Below, piece by piece: positions 60,719 to 64,000 of a DNA stretch of 64,000 bases. Position 1 is the stretch's first letter; each line of letters starts with the position of its first letter. The translations under genes were made by a program, and so were the position numbers. Under the pieces are notes generated by a model that saw nothing but the letters and a program-made list of their open reading frames with translations, was not told the DNA's origin and searched no databases. Origin of the DNA: an uncultured Verrucomicrobiae bacterium (GTDB lineage Bacteria > Verrucomicrobiota > Verrucomicrobiia > Limisphaerales > Palsa-1400); NCBI GenBank assembly GCA_963707025.1, contig CAVPOM010000003.1, positions 32,001 to 96,000 on the forward strand. Reading direction: 5' to 3'.

Positions 60719-62194
60719 CTATTTCGCTTTTTCCACCACCAGCATTTCGACGGGCGCTCGTCCGGGAATAAAGTCCAAGCCGAGCTGCTCACTCACAGCT
60801 TTCGTAATGGCATCAAAACTGTAGTTCATTGCATCCCATTTCAGGTCATAATCGTAAGAATTGGTAAGCCCGGTCTGGTCCACAATGGGAATCGTCCCTT
60901 TCCCTTCCACCCAATTAGCCAAACTCGACATCCCAGGTTGACGATAAGCCATCAGCTTGCCTTGCAGCTCGCCGAACGATCCTTGTCCCGGGCGGTCCAA
61001 CTTTAGACCGGTTGCGTTGGGGTCTCTGATTTTGAGAAACAATACGTTCGTTTCTATGGTTTCATGCCTTGCGACGATGCCGAATTGTTTTCTTATCAAC
61101 CGTTGCATGGCTTCTCTTTGGCCGGACGGAATGCTCGCAATGTAGTCGTACCCGCCTTCTGGAAGCGTTGTCAAAAGAATCGTTCGGCAACGATTGATCC
61201 CTCGTTCACTGTCTCCATAGGCATTGGCTACAATCCCGGCCATGTCCGAATTGAGTGCCCACTTTTTGCCGTCAACAGCATTCATGCCGTAACCTCCTTT
61301 TGGAAATTTCGATGGAAGGATCTTCACCAGCGGCGGAGCTTTGTCCAAATCTCGCGTTGACCTCCACGTATTCACCTGCCACGGATAATTCTCATTTTCG
61401 TATCGGTGAATCTCTTTCACTGTGACGGTTGTTGTCCCAGTGGCAAGCAACAAGACCACACCAACCACGATTGTCGTTTTTGCTTTTGTCCATGCCATAA
61501 GTTTCAATGCTCCTTTGATGAGGGTTAAGGTTGATGCGCTGGCCGCCGCGCCCTTGGCCATCGCCACGGCGGTGACAGTGCTTGCCAGCGCCGCGGGCGC
61601 GGCTTGAACGGAATGGGAGGCAATCGCCCCGGCGATGATGGCGGTGGTGGAACTGACGCCGCGTTTGCAGAAAAATTTTCGCAACTTATCCAGGGCGCGG
61701 CTGACCCGTTTCTTGGCGGCGTCCTCGCTCGCGCCCAGGGCCGCCCCGACTTCCTGCAAGCTGCGTCCCTCAAAGAAACGCAGCACCAGCGCATCGCGAT
61801 CGGCCTGGCTGAGCCGCAGCATCGCCTCCTCCAACAGCGGTGACAATTGTTGCCAGGCCGCATCCGCCTGGGTTTCCTCAAGTGTGGATTGCATATAGGC
61901 CTCCTGTTCGCGCTGCCGGCGGCGATATTCCCGTTTGAGCGCGCTCCTGGAGACATGGCAGGCGGCGCGGTAAAGCCAACTGGGCAGAATGGTCCTTTGG
62001 TTGAGCGAGCCGGCCTTGCGCGCCAGAATAATGAAGACGGCCTGGGTGATTTCCTCGGCCAAGTGCGGATCGCGCCCCAGCCGCAGGGCCGCCGAATAAA
62101 CCAGATTGGCATGACGCGCCACCAGCGCGGCAAAGGCGCTCTCGGACTGATGGGCGGCGTATTGCCGCACCAGTTCAATGTCATCGGCGGTCAT
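60719..62194 (-). CDS. ECF sigma factor with TM segment and C-terminal TIGR03435-like domain
   Basis: AEEITQAVF, DRDALVLRFF, AAKKRVSRAL; C-terminal PIVDQTGLT..YD...EQLGL..PVEMLVVE. Confidence 0.9.
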   Translation of the reverse strand: MTADDIELVRQYAAHQSESAFAALVARHANLVYSAALRLGRDPHLAEEITQAVFIILARKAGSLNQRTILPSWLYRAACHVSRSALKREYRRRQREQEAYMQSTLEETQADAAWQQLSPLLEEAMLRLSQADRDALVLRFFEGRSLQEVGAALGASEDAAKKRVSRALDKLRKFFCKRGVSSTTAIIAGAIASHSVQAAPAALASTVTAVAMAKGAAASASTLTLIKGALKLMAWTKAKTTIVVGVVLLLATGTTTVTVKEIHRYENENYPWQVNTWRSTRDLDKAPPLVKILPSKFPKGGYGMNAVDGKKWALNSDMAGIVANAYGDSERGINRCRTILLTTLPEGGYDYIASIPSGQREAMQRLIRKQFGIVARHETIETNVLFLKIRDPNATGLKLDRPGQGSFGELQGKLMAYRQPGMSSLANWVEGKGTIPIVDQTGLTNSYDYDLKWDAMNYSFDAITKAVSEQLGLDFIPGRAPVEMLVVEKAK

Positions 62195-62297
62195 TCACCC
62201 TATTCATGCACGCCCAAAGGAAAAAAGGGACAAACAATTTACACCTAATGAGACCTCTGCAAAACGCGCGTCCACGATTGTAGCGGCGGTCTGCGAC

Positions 62298-63818
62298 CTT
62301 GTCATTACCCACATTTTGTTCTAAGTAAGTTTAGACAAGCTAATTCATAAGCGCCTCAATCACAGCAACTTAGTACCTTGTACCTTAACGACGTACTGTC
62401 ACACTGGCGCGATGAATACCTGTTTAATGGCTCCGGCCCAGTGGGCTCAAGATGAATTTGGGTTTGCCCAATTGGGCGATCAACGTCGTAATAGGCGCCT
62501 GGTGAAGATCGCTGAACCGTTGGCCAAGAGTCCTGGGGGGACGCTGCCGCGAGCCTTTCCGCAATGGGCGGAACTCAAAGCCGCCTACCGGTTCCTGAAC
62601 CAGCGGGGCGTGACTTATGAGGCAGTGTGGGCGTCGTCCTTGGAGCGGACGCGCCAGGCGTGCCGTCAAGCCGGAGAGTATTTGCTGATCGAGGACACGA
62701 CCTATTTGAGTTACCCGCGAGCCGGAGCGGTGGAGGGTTTAGGGGTCATCGGTGATGGCCGCGGGCAGGGATTTGAATTGCACAGTACCCTGGCGGTGCG
62801 GGTGGAAGCCTGGACGCTGGAGCAGCGGCCGGAGGGGACGGTGGTGGGATTATTCCACCAACCATGTCGGGCGCCACGCCGGGCTGCGGCGGGAGAATCT
62901 CGGCGAGAGGTTTTAAGTCGCCCGCATAAGTCGCAGCGGTGGGCGGCGGGGATGAAAAGCGCCGGCACGCCGCCCGCCGGCAGCCGGTGGATTTATGTGG
63001 CCGATCGGGAATCCGATTTTTACGAGCCGCTACAAATAGGTCGTCAGCATGGGATAGATTTCGTGCTGCGGGGCTGTCATGACCGGCGCTTGGCTGAGGG
63101 AGCGGGCTCTGTGCTGGAGGCGTTGGCCCAGGCGCCGGTGTTGGGACGGAGGACGGTGGAGGTGCGGGCCCGGGGTGGCCAGCCCGCGCGCACGGCCATC
63201 GTGGAAGTGCGCAGCGTGCGGGTCAACTTGTCCGGGCCTTGGCGGCCGGGCGGCTGGCAGGAACCGCTGGACGGGGTCGGCGTGGTGGAAGCACGCGAGG
63301 TGGATGCTCCCGATGGCGTGAAGGAGCCGCTGCACTGGATATTATTGACATCAATGCCCTGCGCCACCTGGGGGCAGGCGCAACGGGTGGTGGGCTACTA
63401 CAGCGCGCGCTGGTGGGTGGAAGAATATCATAAAGCGCTCAAGAGCGGGGCCGGGGTGGAGGAGAGCCAAGTGGAGCGGGCGGATCGTCTGGAGCCGTTG
63501 ATCGCGGTGCTGGCGGTGGTGGCAGTGCGACTGCTGAACACCAAAATGCTGGCCCGCAGCCGCCCCGAGTCGGGGGAAGCGGCCGAGAATATGGGCCCAG
63601 AAATGCTGGCCCTCCTGGAAAAGAAAGTCGGCCGACCCAAAGGCGGTTGGACAAACCGGGAGGTTATCAGATCAGTCGCGCGCGTCGGCGGATTCATCGG
63701 CAGAAAAAGCGACGGTGAACCCGGCTGGCAAACGATCTGGCGCGGCTGGCAGCGGCTGATGTGGATGTGCGAAGGAGCAAATCTAATGGAAAGCTAAAAA
63801 GATGTGGGTAACGACAAG
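62298..63818. mobile_element. IS4-family (IS50/Tn5-like) element, about 1.52 kb
   Basis: IRs CTTGTCATTACCCACAT / ATGTGGGTAACGACAAG (16/17); 9-bp TSD GTCTGCGAC / GTCTATGAC (7/9). Confidence 0.92.
62412..63797 (+). CDS. Tn5-like IS4 transposase
   Basis: LGDQRRNRRL, IEDTT, VADRESD, YSARWWVEEYHKALKSG, PGWQTIWRG. Confidence 0.94.
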   Translation: MNTCLMAPAQWAQDEFGFAQLGDQRRNRRLVKIAEPLAKSPGGTLPRAFPQWAELKAAYRFLNQRGVTYEAVWASSLERTRQACRQAGEYLLIEDTTYLSYPRAGAVEGLGVIGDGRGQGFELHSTLAVRVEAWTLEQRPEGTVVGLFHQPCRAPRRAAAGESRREVLSRPHKSQRWAAGMKSAGTPPAGSRWIYVADRESDFYEPLQIGRQHGIDFVLRGCHDRRLAEGAGSVLEALAQAPVLGRRTVEVRARGGQPARTAIVEVRSVRVNLSGPWRPGGWQEPLDGVGVVEAREVDAPDGVKEPLHWILLTSMPCATWGQAQRVVGYYSARWWVEEYHKALKSGAGVEESQVERADRLEPLIAVLAVVAVRLLNTKMLARSRPESGEAAENMGPEMLALLEKKVGRPKGGWTNREVIRSVARVGGFIGRKSDGEPGWQTIWRGWQRLMWMCEGANLMES

Positions 63819-64000
63819 GTCTATGACCGCCGCACAGCAGGGGAGATAACGGCATGGCGGCGGCCATAGACCGTCGCTACAGGCGTTTTGCAGAGGTCAC
63901 ATAATACGTATAGGTATTATTTTGTTGCCAAACCGCGCCGGCTGAACGATCATGTCCGGGTCGTACGCGCAGATTGATGCAGATGAAAGCAGATAACTTC

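Larger units (their letters stand above)
62250..63898. repeat. REP family B doublet with GACCTCTGCAAAACGC terminal IRs, split by the IS
   Basis: Left GACCTCTGCAAAACGC..TGTAGCGGCGGTC; right GACCGCCGC..CATAGACCGTCGCTACA GGCGTTTTGCAGAGGTC. Confidence 0.75.

Overview
GC-rich bacterial chromosome segment. Gene content (ECF sigma fused to a TIGR03435-like domain, permease-RCC1 fusion, LRR and beta-helix proteins with an 'RFYR' tail, REP-like palindromes) suggests Verrucomicrobiota, Pedosphaerales/Limisphaerales-like (inference). The housekeeping backbone is dnaN, family-4 UDG, pruA, proC, gmk, yicC, ftsY, nusB, tRNA-Ala(GGC), lysS, ileS, hisG, purN and serA, plus a 33-aa bS22-like ORF missing from the ORF track. 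It is interspersed with exported proteins, five intact or decayed toxin-antitoxin modules, three IS elements, a solitary attC-like cassette and several short-repeat families. Most notable: (1) both IS4-family elements sit inside REP-like palindromes, and an empty copy of one target is in the window; (2) a DUF1778/GNAT TA pair is convergent rather than operonic; (3) two unrelated exported proteins share a C-terminal R-[FY]-Y-R domain, a candidate sorting signal, and extracytoplasmic proteins are strongly enriched in Thr-Asn; (4) (TCYTAA)n hexamer tracts follow stop codons in a fixed orientation; (5) LysRS has a remodelled lysine pocket and a C-terminal extension. Several genes carry single-base indels in short homopolymers, probably sequencing errors. 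Family calls come from motif recognition, not database searches, and counts were made by eye.
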